Assembly (NCBI RefSeq): GCF_006345805.1
Contig: NC_043006.1
Location: 99,262,001-99,326,000 of the forward strand
Length of the DNA stretch: 64,000 bases
From: Octopus sinensis
Taxonomy: Eukaryota
Reading direction: 5' to 3'
A program made the position numbers and the translations under genes. Below the pieces are notes generated by a model. That model saw only the letters and a program-made list of their open reading frames with translations, did not search any database and was not told the origin of the DNA. Below are positions 13,696 to 25,325 of this stretch, piece after piece (the first letter of the stretch is position 1; every line of letters begins with the position of its first letter).

Positions 13696-13975
13696 ACAAC
13701 ACCACCAGGCTCACTTGGTGAGGAGGGTGCTGTTGGACTCCCTGTGGGATGGAAAAACAAGACCCAACAAAGGGCGGATGAACTCCTGAATAGTCAACGG
13801 CCATCCAACAAAATACCAGCCTGCCTGCCCAGCCAGAGGGATGGCGTCTTCTTATGGCTAAAACAGCACGAAGAACGAAGAGAAAAGAAAAAGGGCCTCA
13901 GTACCCTGCACGTCAATCGGGCCTCTCCATGACGGCGGAGTGCAACCCGAGCGACGAGAGGCTGCTAATAATCAC
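13611..13975 (+). mobile_element. isolated 5' UTR fragment of an RTE-clade LINE
   Basis: GC-richer island directly after (TA)n with motifs I recognise from RTE 5' UTRs (AAAACAAGACCC...AAAGGGCGGATGAA...GTCAACGGCCATCC; GAGCGACGAGAGGC). No ORF follows. Confidence 0.6.
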
Positions 13976-14724
13976 AGGAAATATTAAACCAGGAGCTTGA
14001 CACACAAAGAGTTAGAGAGAAGCAGAGAAAAGGAGAGCAGCGAATTACTTTTGAAAATGTGTTTAGATTTCCATAATTATCTGAAATTTTAAAACCGTTA
14101 GCAATGTATTCTTGCAGAAGTATCTAAAACAAATTTCATAAACCGTATTACTCTACGCCATACTAAGTCCTGCATTTATAGGACTGCATTTCATAATATA
14201 AACTCTTTGCTCTATGAAAGTGTAACACTTCCATGGTAGATAAGATTGTCCAATTCACTCTGATGTACACACTTATAGATAGTGTCACTCGTGTTTAAAA
14301 TCGTTGGCACTTTAAAAGATTTTGGACAGCATAATCACGATTTTGGAGAAAAAAAATATTTAGGAAATTAATATTTTAGGAATTTCATTGACTGTGCGCT
14401 TTAATTAGTAAGGGCGTTCAAAAAATGGACTAGTGTTGAATTTTATATATGTAAGCATCATTATCTTCAATAATTCATGCAACCTCAATATGAAAACACT
14501 GGGCAGATGCACCATATGTTGAATAAGCTCTCAGCATAGATTATGATATACTTGCATGTATAATTCCAGAGGTTGAAGCCTGATATCTTAACTTTTCCTT
14601 TCTCAAGTTGGTGTTAGTTTAATATAAATATTACTTGGCTTTCTATTGGTCTATGATGTTCCGCCGCAATAGATGAAAAATTGAAAACCGTGTAAATTCA
14701 GAGCCAGTGATCCGATACCGATGA

Positions 14725-14835
<111 letters not shown>

Positions 14836-15122
14836 GTATTTATCTAAATATATCATTTTAAATTTATAATTATAATTGAGGACACTGGAATGCCAGCGCC
14901 TAATAATTCGATTTGAAAAACCCACAATCCACTCTAAATTTGTTCTCCGTTTATAACCCCAGGCCAAATGTGAGGTAATGAGCAAGAAGATTTACAAAAT
15001 TTCGGATAATCCTATATCTTAAGATTTCATGGTCTGTTATAAATATTTACACTATTCTGTAGATACACTCCAACAAATATATAAGTGAAAAATACACACA
15101 CACACACACACATATATATATA

Positions 15123-15229
15123 TGTCGGTAGTAAAGAAATATACATCTACTGGTGGATCAGAGATAAAGGGTCAATATTTATCGAACATTATATGTACTA
15201 TTTATCACACGGGAAGTTATTGAAACAAT
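15123..15229. repeat. 107-bp inverted duplication of 16003-16109
   Basis: Reverse complement of 16003-16109 with 3 mismatches; includes the last ~20 nt of the neighbouring SINE tail plus its flank. Confidence 0.95.
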
Positions 15230-15439
15230 GATCTCTTAAGCACCACCAGCTCAAATATTGTCTCCTCTGTCTTCCCTCCTTGGGATCTTTCCTTCTCCTT
15301 GTTTCCGACGAAGAGCTCCGCTCGAAACGTTAAACCCTCCTTCCCTTCTTTCCTGAGCGTCAATAATACTTTAATTGTTCCACGTCCTGCGTTGCTGTGT
15401 TTTTTTTCTCTTTTTTCTCTGTGTTTTCTTGTTGGATTA

Positions 15440-15445
<6 letters not shown>
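15230..15445 (+). mobile_element. Penelope-type pLTR fragment with minimal hammerhead motif
   Basis: 15301-15335: GTTT-CCGACGA-A-GAGC(TCC)GCTC-GAAACGTT-AAAC. Pyrimidine-rich tail ending in (TA)n. Confidence 0.65.
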
Positions 15446-15479
<34 letters not shown>

Positions 15480-15503
15480 AATATATATATATATATATAC
15501 ATG

Positions 15504-15536
<33 letters not shown>

Positions 15537-16091
15537 GTAGTTATATAGGCACATATATATATATATGCATGTGCGCGTCTGTGTGCATGAATTATATTGT
15601 ATATATAATGTAGTTTCATGATTCCATTTACTTTAGCGTGTATTTTGTTTTAACTAAAAAATATTGCATTTATAGATTTTTCTCTATCCCTATGCATGAT
15701 AGGAAGAGTAGAAATTACTGCTGAAAGAAACATTAAAATAATTAAATCAGACGGCCTGTCAAAATATTGCGAGGGTTCGTTATTGAAATTAATTTGCCTC
15801 GACTGCTTCATGAAAAGAAACTGTTTTACTGATTTTTAGAATATGACAGATGAGATTGCGTGCAACAGACGTTATTTTCAGTGACATTAAATTATTTTTC
15901 CTAATATCTCAGCTAAAACGCGCTGGAATAGGAAAATAGCGCTGATGCTTAAAATATCTGACTATGTCTCTGATATTTGAGTTCAGGTTCGAAAGCTTTT
16001 GTATTGTTTCAATAACTTCCCGTGTGATAAATAGTACATATAGTGTTCGATAAATATTGACCCTTTATCTCTGATCCACCAGTAGATATAT

Positions 16092-16269
16092 ATTTCTTCA
16101 CTACCGACAAGGGGCTAAACACAGAGGGGACAAACAAGGACAAACAAACGGATTAAGCCGATTACATCGACCCCAGTGCGTAACTGGTACTTAATTTATC
16201 GACTCCGAAAGGGTGAAAAGTCGACCTCGGCGTAATTTGAACACAGAACGTAACGGCAGACGAAATACG
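16092..16269 (-). mobile_element. SINE body and tail (head C), interrupted by the Tx1 LINE
   Basis: B-box region, central GTCGATAAATTAAGTACCAG domain (resembles the Meta-domain; inference) and tail ...GCCCCTTGTCGGTAGTGAAGAAAT. The head continues at 21621-21684. Confidence 0.9.
16254..16269. repeat. 16-bp target-site duplication (left copy; right copy 21621-21636)
   Basis: CGGCAGACGAAATACG is present exactly at both ends of the LINE. Confidence 0.95.
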
Positions 16270-16516
16270 AATTTCTTTATTGCCCACCGGGGGCCAAACA
16301 TAGATATGGACAGTACAACTGATGGGATCAGTGAATCGATATGATTTTACATAAATGTGACATCAAAAATAAAATACAATACATAAAAATCGAATGGAAT
16401 ACACAGTACAAAAACAATACAATGAAGCGATGATCAAGTTACGCTCCGATCCCACAAGCCCCGATCTACCGCTGATACCTTTTTATTTTTCCTTTTTTTT
16501 TTTTTTCCTCGTCTAT

Positions 16517-19500
16517 TCACACGGTTCCTTGCACGCACAACACTCGTGCAACATACTTCCATCTCTTTTGGAACGTACACTCTGACAGACACCTCTTCTC
16601 CAGCCACAGTTTCCTTTTCAAATGAAAAGAAAAAAAGGATCGTAAATTGTCACCAGAGATAAAGTTGCCTGTCTTAATTCCTTTTATCCTAGTATTCCAT
16701 ACAGCCTCTTTTGCTATTGCTACAACCGTGAGAAAACAATTCTTACCTTCGTTCGTTAGAACTCCCGGTGGGTCAATTTTTATAATTGACTCAGTCGACA
16801 GCCGTACTCTTCCTTCGCCGGACAACAGATGTTCAGCATAAGCCCACATTTCAGTTATCTCCGGACACTGAACAATAGCGTGAGGGACGGTTTCCCTGTC
16901 CCCACCGCATCTTGGACAGGTCGGCGACTGACGTTTACCATGTCTTGCGAGCTTATCCCAAACGGGCAAGGCACCTCTGTAGCATTGCCAGGTTAAGGAC
17001 TTTTGGAAGTTGTCCAACGTTCTCAACCCGAATGTACGATGAAACAAGCTGTCCAGTTGAATAAATCCGAGACCTAGAGTCGACCCCAGGCCATCGTCGC
17101 ATTCAGACTCTACAACCCACTATATAAAATCCGTGTGGAACCCCCACCGCTGGCGTTGCCCGAGCGCCGGAACAGCAAGAGGGCCTTACGGCACTCTTTA
17201 TGCCACTCACTCGACCTCGGTCTACGAGAACACCAGGCTTCCTGTTCGCAAAAACTCTTGAACTCAGGGAACATTTGTCTGGCCAGCGGAGACCACACCC
17301 GTTCACTATCCAGGAGAATCCAGAGGTGCCTCAACCTCAACGCATGTCTGCGCATCATTAACCAAGGCATCCCTAAACCTCCATTTAAAGGCTTTTGACA
17401 GCAGACAGAGCGTTTCACAAGTGGCGACCTGCCCTTCCACAAAAAGCGAAAGAGCTGTCTCTCCAACCTGATCAACCACGAATCCGGACAGGGCACGACA
17501 GTCAGGCGGTAGGTAATGACCGATGCGATAAACACATTGGCCACTTCCGCCCTCCCTTTCAGGGATAGCCACCGCCAAGACCAAGTCTTGACTACTGCAG
17601 CCACCCTGCTCAATACCTCCGTCCAGTTCTTCTCTATCTGGAGGCCTGGTCCAAACCAGACTCCCAGCAACTTAACCGGTCCCTCCGTCCAGCGCCTAAC
17701 AACACTGTCTGAAGGCATCGACTTGCCAACCCAGGTGCCGAGCTGCAAGCCGACCGACTTTTCCCGGTTAATCTTTGCTCCTGCTACCTCCACGTAAGCC
17801 TCAATAGTCTTACCTACTTCACGTAGGCGTACCACTGTGGTTACACTGATAGTGATATCATCCGCGAAAGCCGTAACAAACTCCTCTAGTCCTGGTTCTC
17901 TCGGGATGCCACTCAACCTTTGCAGTAATGGCTCGAGAGCCATCACATACAAAAGTGGTGAAAGCGGACATCCTTGACGAACCGAGCGTCTGATGCAGAA
18001 CGGCTTCGAAAGGAAACCGTTCACCCGAACTATCGAGTCAATGTTGTGGTACAAAGCGATAAACCACCTGAGGAAGCCAAGGCCCAGGCCAAACCGCGCA
18101 AGTACAGTCGCTAGGTATCGATGGTCAACCCTATCAAAAGCTTTAGACTGGTCCAAATGCACCAATGCCCCACCTTTGCCAGATTTATTACCAAACCTCT
18201 CTATGGTATAGCGAATAAGATGGAGGGTATCCTGAATGGTTCTGCCTGGGATGGCACATGTCTGTGCCTCCCCGACTATACCATTCGCGACACGCGCCAA
18301 CCTTTTTGCTAGAACCTTGGCCAAAATCTTCACTTCTGCGTTAAACAGAGTGATGGGCCTGAAATTCTCTAGAACGTCCCCCTTGTTCGGGTCCTTTCTG
18401 ACCAACGTCACTACTCCCCGGCGCACAGATCTGGGGATAAACCCATTCTGTTTCCAGTTCGCGTACACGTCAGTCAGTAGTTGCCCGAACAAGTCTGGCA
18501 TACATTTATACAGCTCGTACGGAAGACCATCAAGTCCCGGTGACTTACCCGCTTTACAATCGGCCAAAGCCTCCATCACCTCCTCAAGTGTGATTGGCCC
18601 TTCGCAAGACTCCGCATCCGACCCCGAGAGGCACGGCAGCCCGGTAAGAAAGTCCTCGAGGGCTCTCCCACCACCAGGACCGCCGTCACCCCCCGAACAG
18701 CTGGGCGAAGTACTCCCGAAAGACCTCACACATTTTCTCGGGTTCGTTTATCAAGACACCATTTTGATTCGTCAAAGACCGAATAGAGGAACTATTTCCT
18801 TGTCGAGCTTCCACCACTCGGGCCCATCCAGCGGCTTTGATTCCTTCACTTCCCATTGCACGTAACTTAGCTCTGGTAATACTTCCCATGTGGTGGGCTT
18901 CAAGATGCTGGTTTAACTCCAGTCTTTTCACCCTCGCTTGGTCTGTATTACCAGTCCTCCAGGCTTCTTCTAGTTCCTTAACTAGACCATCTCCTATTTT
19001 ACGTCCCTTCTTAGCTAAACTTATGCTAAACCTAATAGACTCATATTTGATGGCTCTTTTTAGGGCGTACCACCATTTGTTATTAATGATGGTACCTGTT
19101 AATGCCCTCTGTATTAACATCTTGATCCGCTTTCTGTACTCCTCAATCGCCAAAAGGGACGTATTGAGTTTCCAGTAGCCAGATCCCTGTCTATGCAACT
19201 TATCTACCGTCAGTTTACAGGTAACCATCTTGTGGTCACTGTAGCTGACTAGAAAAAACTGTGGACACTCAACTATGGACTTATCTTTTTCTCTAATTAA
19301 AATCCTATCTAGATATGTTCTGGTAGACCCGTCACTATTTGACCACGTCCACTGTGGAGTGTTCGGGTGCTCCAACCTATATGGATCTGCTAGCTGAAAT
19401 TGACTTAGCAGATCCCGAAAGCCTGTGTTACATTTTCTGTTCATGTTCGAGTTTGAGCCAACACAATCTGTGTGTGCTGCTCATATTGTATTAGAGTCTC

Positions 19501-19917
19501 CTAACACTACTAGTGAATGCGACGTGGCTAGGAACTTTCCTAGGCCACGAAAATATTCAGTTTGCGGGCCAATAATGTTTGGTGCATAAATAGCGACCAG
19601 CCTGATTGTCTTGCCACAACTGAATGTCAAGTCGAGAACGACCAGCCTGCCTTCTGGGTCAGAAAAAACCAACTTTTTCTCGGCTACCCGGTTTCTTTTT
19701 AGTAGGACCAACACCCCACCCCCACCTCCCGCCCGACTCGGAGAAACGTATTTCTCGTAGCCGTTCAGGAGGGGGAGCAGATCTCTTGGCCCCTTCACCC
19801 GGGTTTCCGTTGCAACAATTACATCCAAATTTCTCGACCTGATGTCATTCAGAAAGCGTCCTTGCTTCCAGCTTGACAACAGGCCATGAACATTAAACAA
19901 CCAATGTGAATAGCCAT
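16517..19917 (-). pseudogene. Tx1 ORF2 (AP endonuclease, reverse transcriptase, zinc finger)
   Basis: MAIHIGC(L)/NVHGL...ETR...AIYAPN...LGD...YLDRI...SDH (APE); KSPGLDG, FRPITL, DQSKAFDRV, RQGCPLSPLLY, AFADD (RT); CPRCGGDRETVPHAIVQC. Lesions: frameshifts near 19890, 18700 and 17112, and an in-frame stop at 19481. Confidence 0.92.
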
Positions 19918-19928
19918 CACTTACCTGT

Positions 19929-21457
19929 TTAATTAGGATTGTCCGGTGGAGGGGGACCCTCCACCTTTTTTTTATCCAGGGTCGGAGGTGGACGGTCTTG
20001 GGAAATAGATTTGTCAAAATCCCGTCTCACCACCGACACAGAATTATCAGGTGGAGGGGGAATCTCCACCTTTTCCTTTTCTCGCGGGATCGGAGCTGGT
20101 AATCCATGAAATATCGACTTGTTAAAATCTAATCTCAATGAAGATACAGTCTTTCTGTACTTATTTTGTAGAATTCTATAAGTCTTATTTGAGACTTCAT
20201 ATATGTCGTAATTGATAAATTCCTCTGAAAGGTTATCAATTTTTTTTATAGTCTTTATGAGTTGAATGTCTCTCATGAGCTCAGTATCTGTAGTGTATAC
20301 GGCTATTATGCCTTTTTCTTCTTTTTCTCTTCTGGCAGTCTTTTTTGGTCGTTGTTCTGTAGTAGTCGCCGCTCTCGGCTGGGTTGCTGGTTGTATTTTT
20401 CTTTTGTTTGTTGTTTTTTTCTCATCTGTTTCTTCTTTATCTTCTTCCTCTTTATCTTTTTTCTCCTCTTCCTTCTCTTCTTCATTTTCCTTGCAGTTCC
20501 TTCGAATGTGGCCTAATTGACCACATAAAAAACATCGAGGTTTTCGGCCCTCAACAAACACCACGAGGTTCTCCTCCCCTACCTCAATTGTCTCAGGAAT
20601 TGTTTGAATTATTTTAGGGTCCGCTTGAATGAGAAGATTAATTGTTTTACCATCCCAGCGTGGGTTTTCCGTAGCGGTAGCCTGGAGGAGAGTAATTTTT
20701 TCTACCTCTTTGATTAGGACTGCCGCCAACAACCACATAGGTTCGACCTCTGGCGGGACCCTTGTAATTTTTATTCGCGACGTCCTCATCCCCATATAAT
20801 AGGGTATTAACTCCACGTCGTTCGTTTTCAACGTTTCCACTGAGTTCTTGTGTGCTATTTCTTTATTGGTGAACCTTACTTCCACCGTTCCGAATTTTTT
20901 TCCTCTTCTCAGAAATACTACGTCGCCCAATATTGGCTTTAAGCACTTTTCTATTTTCTCTTCTGACATTCTTTCAATTTTTCTATTTTGTAGACAATAT
21001 GTTTTGAAAATTATTGTTTTTTGCTTTTCTTCCTGTAATAACTTTTGCGGAGGTTCAATTTTCACACTGTTGTCATTTATTTCCATCATTTTGCTGTATT
21101 TCATAATTTCGCTTTTATTCGTCGACAGTGTCTGGGTTCCACCCCAGCAGCCAACGCAAAACTTTTTTTCCCATTTTTTGGTTCTATCTGGATGCTAGGC
21201 ACATCAATTATTCTCTTCGACACAATGCCTTTGTTCTCTGGCAAAGTCGGAAACTCTTCTGGTGAAAGTTCTGACGAGCTCTCAGACACATCTCCAAAAA
21301 TATCAAATATATTATCCTCTCTGCTATTCCTTCTTGTAGCGGGGGAAACCCCTATTTCCTTGTCTGTAGTTGGCTCCTCGCCGGACATGTATTTCCTCCT
21401 CTCAACAGGAGAAACAAGTATTTCTGCTCCAACGGTAGGCTCCATGCTAGACGACAT
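19929..21457 (-). pseudogene. Tx1 ORF1 (RRM-like region plus single CCHC zinc knuckle)
   Basis: CFLCGQLGHIRRNC knuckle followed by an acidic/basic low-complexity tail. Split into two frames near 21100-21150. Confidence 0.85.
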
Positions 21458-21620
21458 TCTTCCCCCAAAGGGGGAATGAACAACGCGTGCTACCACAAGC
21501 ACTAAGTGTTTTCAATTGAAAACTCCAACAGTTAAGTTATTCAACAGTTTAACAAGAAACAACAGTTGTTAACAGTATTAACACCACGAAACAGCAATTC
21601 TTACTTCACGAACACATGTG

Positions 21621-21684
21621 CGGCAGACGAAATACGGCTAGGCATTTCGCCCGGCGTGCTAACGTTTTTGCCAGCTCACCGCCT
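21621..21684 (-). mobile_element. 5' head of the SINE interrupted by the Tx1 LINE
   Basis: Minus strand GGCGGTGAGCTGGCAAAAACGTTAGCACGCCGGGCGAAATGCCTAGCCGTATTTCGTCTGCCG joins seamlessly to 16253 and below. Confidence 0.9.
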
Positions 21685-21999
21685 TATCCACAGCAGATAT
21701 ATGAAAGGAACAAGATCTGTACAATCTGACACTTTCGATTTTGGGAGAAAGAAATTTTAATTATTTCATGCTGCAAATTTATTTAATGCTGCTCAATTTC
21801 GATATCATTAAACTTGCACGCCATTATTCGTTTTCAAATGAAAGGTATCGTGTTCTAATTTGCCTCAGTGTAGATGAAAGAGAATGTTTTACGTCGCTAG
21901 AAGAGTCTTAAAAATATCAGCTTCAGTGACTGATCTTTTTCAACCCTAACTGTATTTCATAATTTTGAAGTGGGATTAAACTATCTTGCATTCTTTTAT

Positions 22000-22363
22000 T
22001 CTTTTATTTTGTTTCAGTCATTTGACTACTGCCTATATTCGAGCAAATTGACCCCAGGATTTATTCTCTGTAAACCTAGTACTTATTTTTATCGTTTTTT
22101 AAAAAAAGTTCTGAGCTACTTTTATTACGGGTAGGTAAAACACACCAGCATCGGTTGCCAAGAGATGGTGGGGGACAAATACACACAGAAACACACATAT
22201 ATATTTATACATGTGTATACACACACACACCCACACACCCACACATATATATATATATATACATACATATATATGCATATATACGTACATATATATACGC
22301 ATATATATATATATAATTTCTACATACATATACACACACGCACGCACCCACACCCACACCCAC

Positions 22364-22400
<37 letters not shown>

Positions 22401-22462
22401 ATATGTATAAAAGACAAGCTTCTTTCAGTTTCCGTCTACCAAATCCAGTCACAAGGATTTCT
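22000..22462 (-). mobile_element. 5'-truncated SINE with expanded internal microsatellite (family of 48272-48737)
   Basis: Shares GGATTTGGTAGACGGAAACTGAAAGAAGC and the ...ATGACTGAAAC tail with 27937-28306 and 48272-48737. Confidence 0.75.
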
Positions 22463-23579
22463 ATTCATATCGATCAATTATAAGATTTGACAGCAAAAAT
22501 ACTCGTGTTTTATACCAAACTCTCTTCGTTAAAATGTTAAAACCTCTGAGTATCCCCAATTTATAGAAGTTTGATTCTCAAATAAGATAATGCGATTAAT
22601 ATATTAGCATCAATGATATATTTTCTGTTACCACCCGTAAATGGACATGTGCATTCGATATTCAGCTACTATTTTATAGAAATTTTTGTTGTGGTATCCT
22701 TAAACAGTCCAACTTATAATTTCTCCGCATCAGCGAAGGCAGAGGTATTGTTTTCAGTCGTGTTAATTTATTTATTTTTTTTTTTTGCCGTAATCAAGAT
22801 AACTCAAGAGCCGCTCAATGGATTCAGATAAAACTTTCAGGGATGTTTGACCCTATGATTGGCATGAACTGATTAAATTTTGAGATAGATCCGGTACTAA
22901 ACAAGGATTCTGGATTAATTTTCGTGTTTTATTTTTAGCTTAATTTTTGAGAGCGGTCGCGTTCATTTTTAGTATTCTTGTTTGTGACAACAGTCAAGTT
23001 TATTTCAGATTTTCTCATTTCAAAATTAATCTCTGCCTAATCGTTGAGAAGACGTTGGTGTTGCCTTCGTGGAGGTTTGCACTCTCTGAGTTCTCTTGGT
23101 ATTTTGAATTTTGTATTATCATTACTTTAGAATCTGTATATGCGACATTGCATTTCGTAAATCTCTGAAGGGACTATTTTCTTTATTTCCAAATTCTATT
23201 ACGTTATAAATACTCTTGGGTACCGAGTATTAAGTGGTGTCATATATTAATAAAGTATTTGGGTATCCATATATATTTATTGTTACAAATGTTTAAAAAT
23301 TTTAATTTGGGGAAAATTTTCCGATTGATCTATCAGAATAAATTACAAATCGAATCACAGATGTGCTTTTCATCAATCAGCTTCAATTATAATTTATGTT
23401 AGAATAGACACCTTAACTCCTCTTACATAATGTCAAGAACAAAACTTATCTCATTATGGGGTATAAAATTATTACTTATTGCTATTAAATAACAAGAATA
23501 CCTTTGCTGATTTTAGAAGTGTGTCAGTTTCATAGTATCCTAGATTTTCACATGTTTCTCAATATTTTGTTACTTGTTG

Positions 23580-23785
23580 AGGAGGAGAGCTGGCAGAATC
23601 GTTAGCACACGGAGCAAAATGTTTAGCGGTATTTCACACGCTCTGAGTTAAAATGTCACCAGTGTTGACTTTACGCTTCATCCTTTCGGTATTGATAGAA
23701 ACAAGTGCCAGTTAATTACTGGAATTGATGTAATCGACTTGCAGTCTCCTCGAAATTGCTGGCCATGTTTTAAAACCAATACTTT
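23580..23785 (+). mobile_element. SINE, head C family
   Basis: GAGCTGGCAGAATCGTTAGCAC head, central TTCATCCTTTCGG...GATGTAATCGAC domain, non-Tx1 tail. Confidence 0.75.
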
Positions 23786-23896
23786 GTTGTTTGTTTCTAT
23801 GTGCTATTTTGTGTTTCAAAAATGCTACCAGAAGAGCACAACATATCCGCTTCCGTATCATATCCGCTAAAACCCAAGTAATATGAGAGAAACCGG

Positions 23897-24155
23897 GAAC
23901 GCGCGTGGCTTTGTGGCCATTGTATATGACTGAAAGTTGCCGTGAGTTCGATACCCGGCGACGCATTGTGTTTTTGAGCTAGATACTTTATATCAAGTTT
24001 CTCCAGTCCATTCAGCTTGCAAAATATTTTAGCCTCTGTATTTCAAGGGCGCTACCGGCCTTCATGTATTTTGCCATTGCTACGTTAATTTCTCGAGCGA
24101 GGTGTTCCGTTGTTCGGATCAACTAAATCATGTTTCGTCGTGACCGACGGTGTGC
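23897..24155 (+). mobile_element. SINE, head B (CORE-like) with tail X
   Basis: Head and core match 26631-26890; tail GTTAATTTCTCGAGC...CGTCGTGACCGACGG matches 10166-10548. Confidence 0.65.
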
Positions 24156-24164
24156 AAATTTCAG

Positions 24165-24436
24165 TGAAGGCACGTAACTTGATGGCTAGGTTATTCTGTT
24201 CACGAACGTATGATCATGAGTTTCGATTATCAACAGCGTCTGGTGTCATTTAGCGAAGCAATTCATTTCACGTTGGCAATTATTGGTTTTAACTGAAATT
24301 CAAAGATCCACCTTTGTCATATTCTCGATCACGCTGGTTCTCCTTGATAACTACATTAAAGGCACGTTAATTTCACGAGCAAATTGATTCTTCAACGGAT
24401 CAATTAGAACGCACGTCGTCGTAACGGACGGAGTTC
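24165..24436 (+). mobile_element. degenerate SINE, head B with tail X
   Basis: Same layout as 23897-24155 but more decayed. Confidence 0.55.
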
Positions 24437-25134
24437 AAGTTTATATGAGAAACCATTAACTTGTCAGATTCTTATAAAGTCTCAACGACATAAAACTTTA
24501 AAATGCTCATATTTTTTTCTCTTATTTTATTTTTTATGCAATTAGCTTTGTGTATACATAATTGATTCTTTAAAATAAATTATACATTCTTGCACGAATA
24601 ATATTTATATTCGCCCCCTACGACATCTTAGTGGCAATACCTTTAAAACATCACTGAAAAAATATATGGGATGTATTTAAATATATTCATTAAATATATT
24701 CACTGTACTAGTGATGTTGTGTTCGCGAGGAATATATTTAATAATTTTTTACAAATAACTACATTTTTTTAATTTCCAGTTAATATTTTAATATTGTACG
24801 AAGGAATTTATCTGCATTTGATTGTATAAATTCTTTGTATATATTCAACGACATCGAATATTACTTCATATTTTGAAACATGAATTGTTTCAAGGAAAAC
24901 ATAATTTTATTAGTATCTAAATGTGTGAAATATGGTTAACGTGAAGAGAGATACAATGAATGGATCAAACTTATTTCCTTATCAAAAAAGCAGTAAATGA
25001 TTTTATAAAATCCACTTTCCGTTGTTTAATTGGTGTAAATTATACTCAATATTTGCACTTCTACTTCCATATCGGTTACCTTATTTTATTTGGCCTTATT
25101 CGAATTGTGTCAAGTTTGACATCCATTTTCTCGG

Positions 25135-25325
25135 GTTTGATAAAATAAGTACCAGTTGAATACTGGGATCGATGTAATCAACTTATCTCCCAACTCAAAT
25201 TTACTGGCATGTTTAGCGGTATTTCGTCCGTCTTTACTCTCTAAGTTCACATTCGACGGGTGTCGACTTTGCATTTCATCATCTCGAGATCGATAGAATT
25301 AATAGTATTCACGCACTGGAGTGGG
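25135..25325 (+). mobile_element. two abutting head C SINE fragments
   Basis: AATAAGTACCAGTTGAATACTGGGATCGATG followed by GTTTAGCGGTATTTCGTCCGTC. Confidence 0.6.

Larger units (their letters stand above)
16270..21620 (-). mobile_element. full-length Tx1-clade (L1 superfamily) non-LTR retrotransposon
   Basis: 5' UTR, ORF1 with CCHC knuckle, ORF2 with APE + RT + C-terminal CxxC-x7-H-x4-C, 3' UTR with AATAAA, and an intact TSD. Confidence 0.95.

Noticed and set aside
20000-20100. Duplicated KKVExPPPPDN motif at the ORF1 C-terminus
   Set aside because: An ordinary short internal duplication in a low-complexity ORF1 tail.
16647-21479. Plus-strand ORFs overlapping the Tx1 LINE (e.g. 18236-18865, 21045-21479)
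   Set aside because: Antisense shadows of the LINE ORFs.
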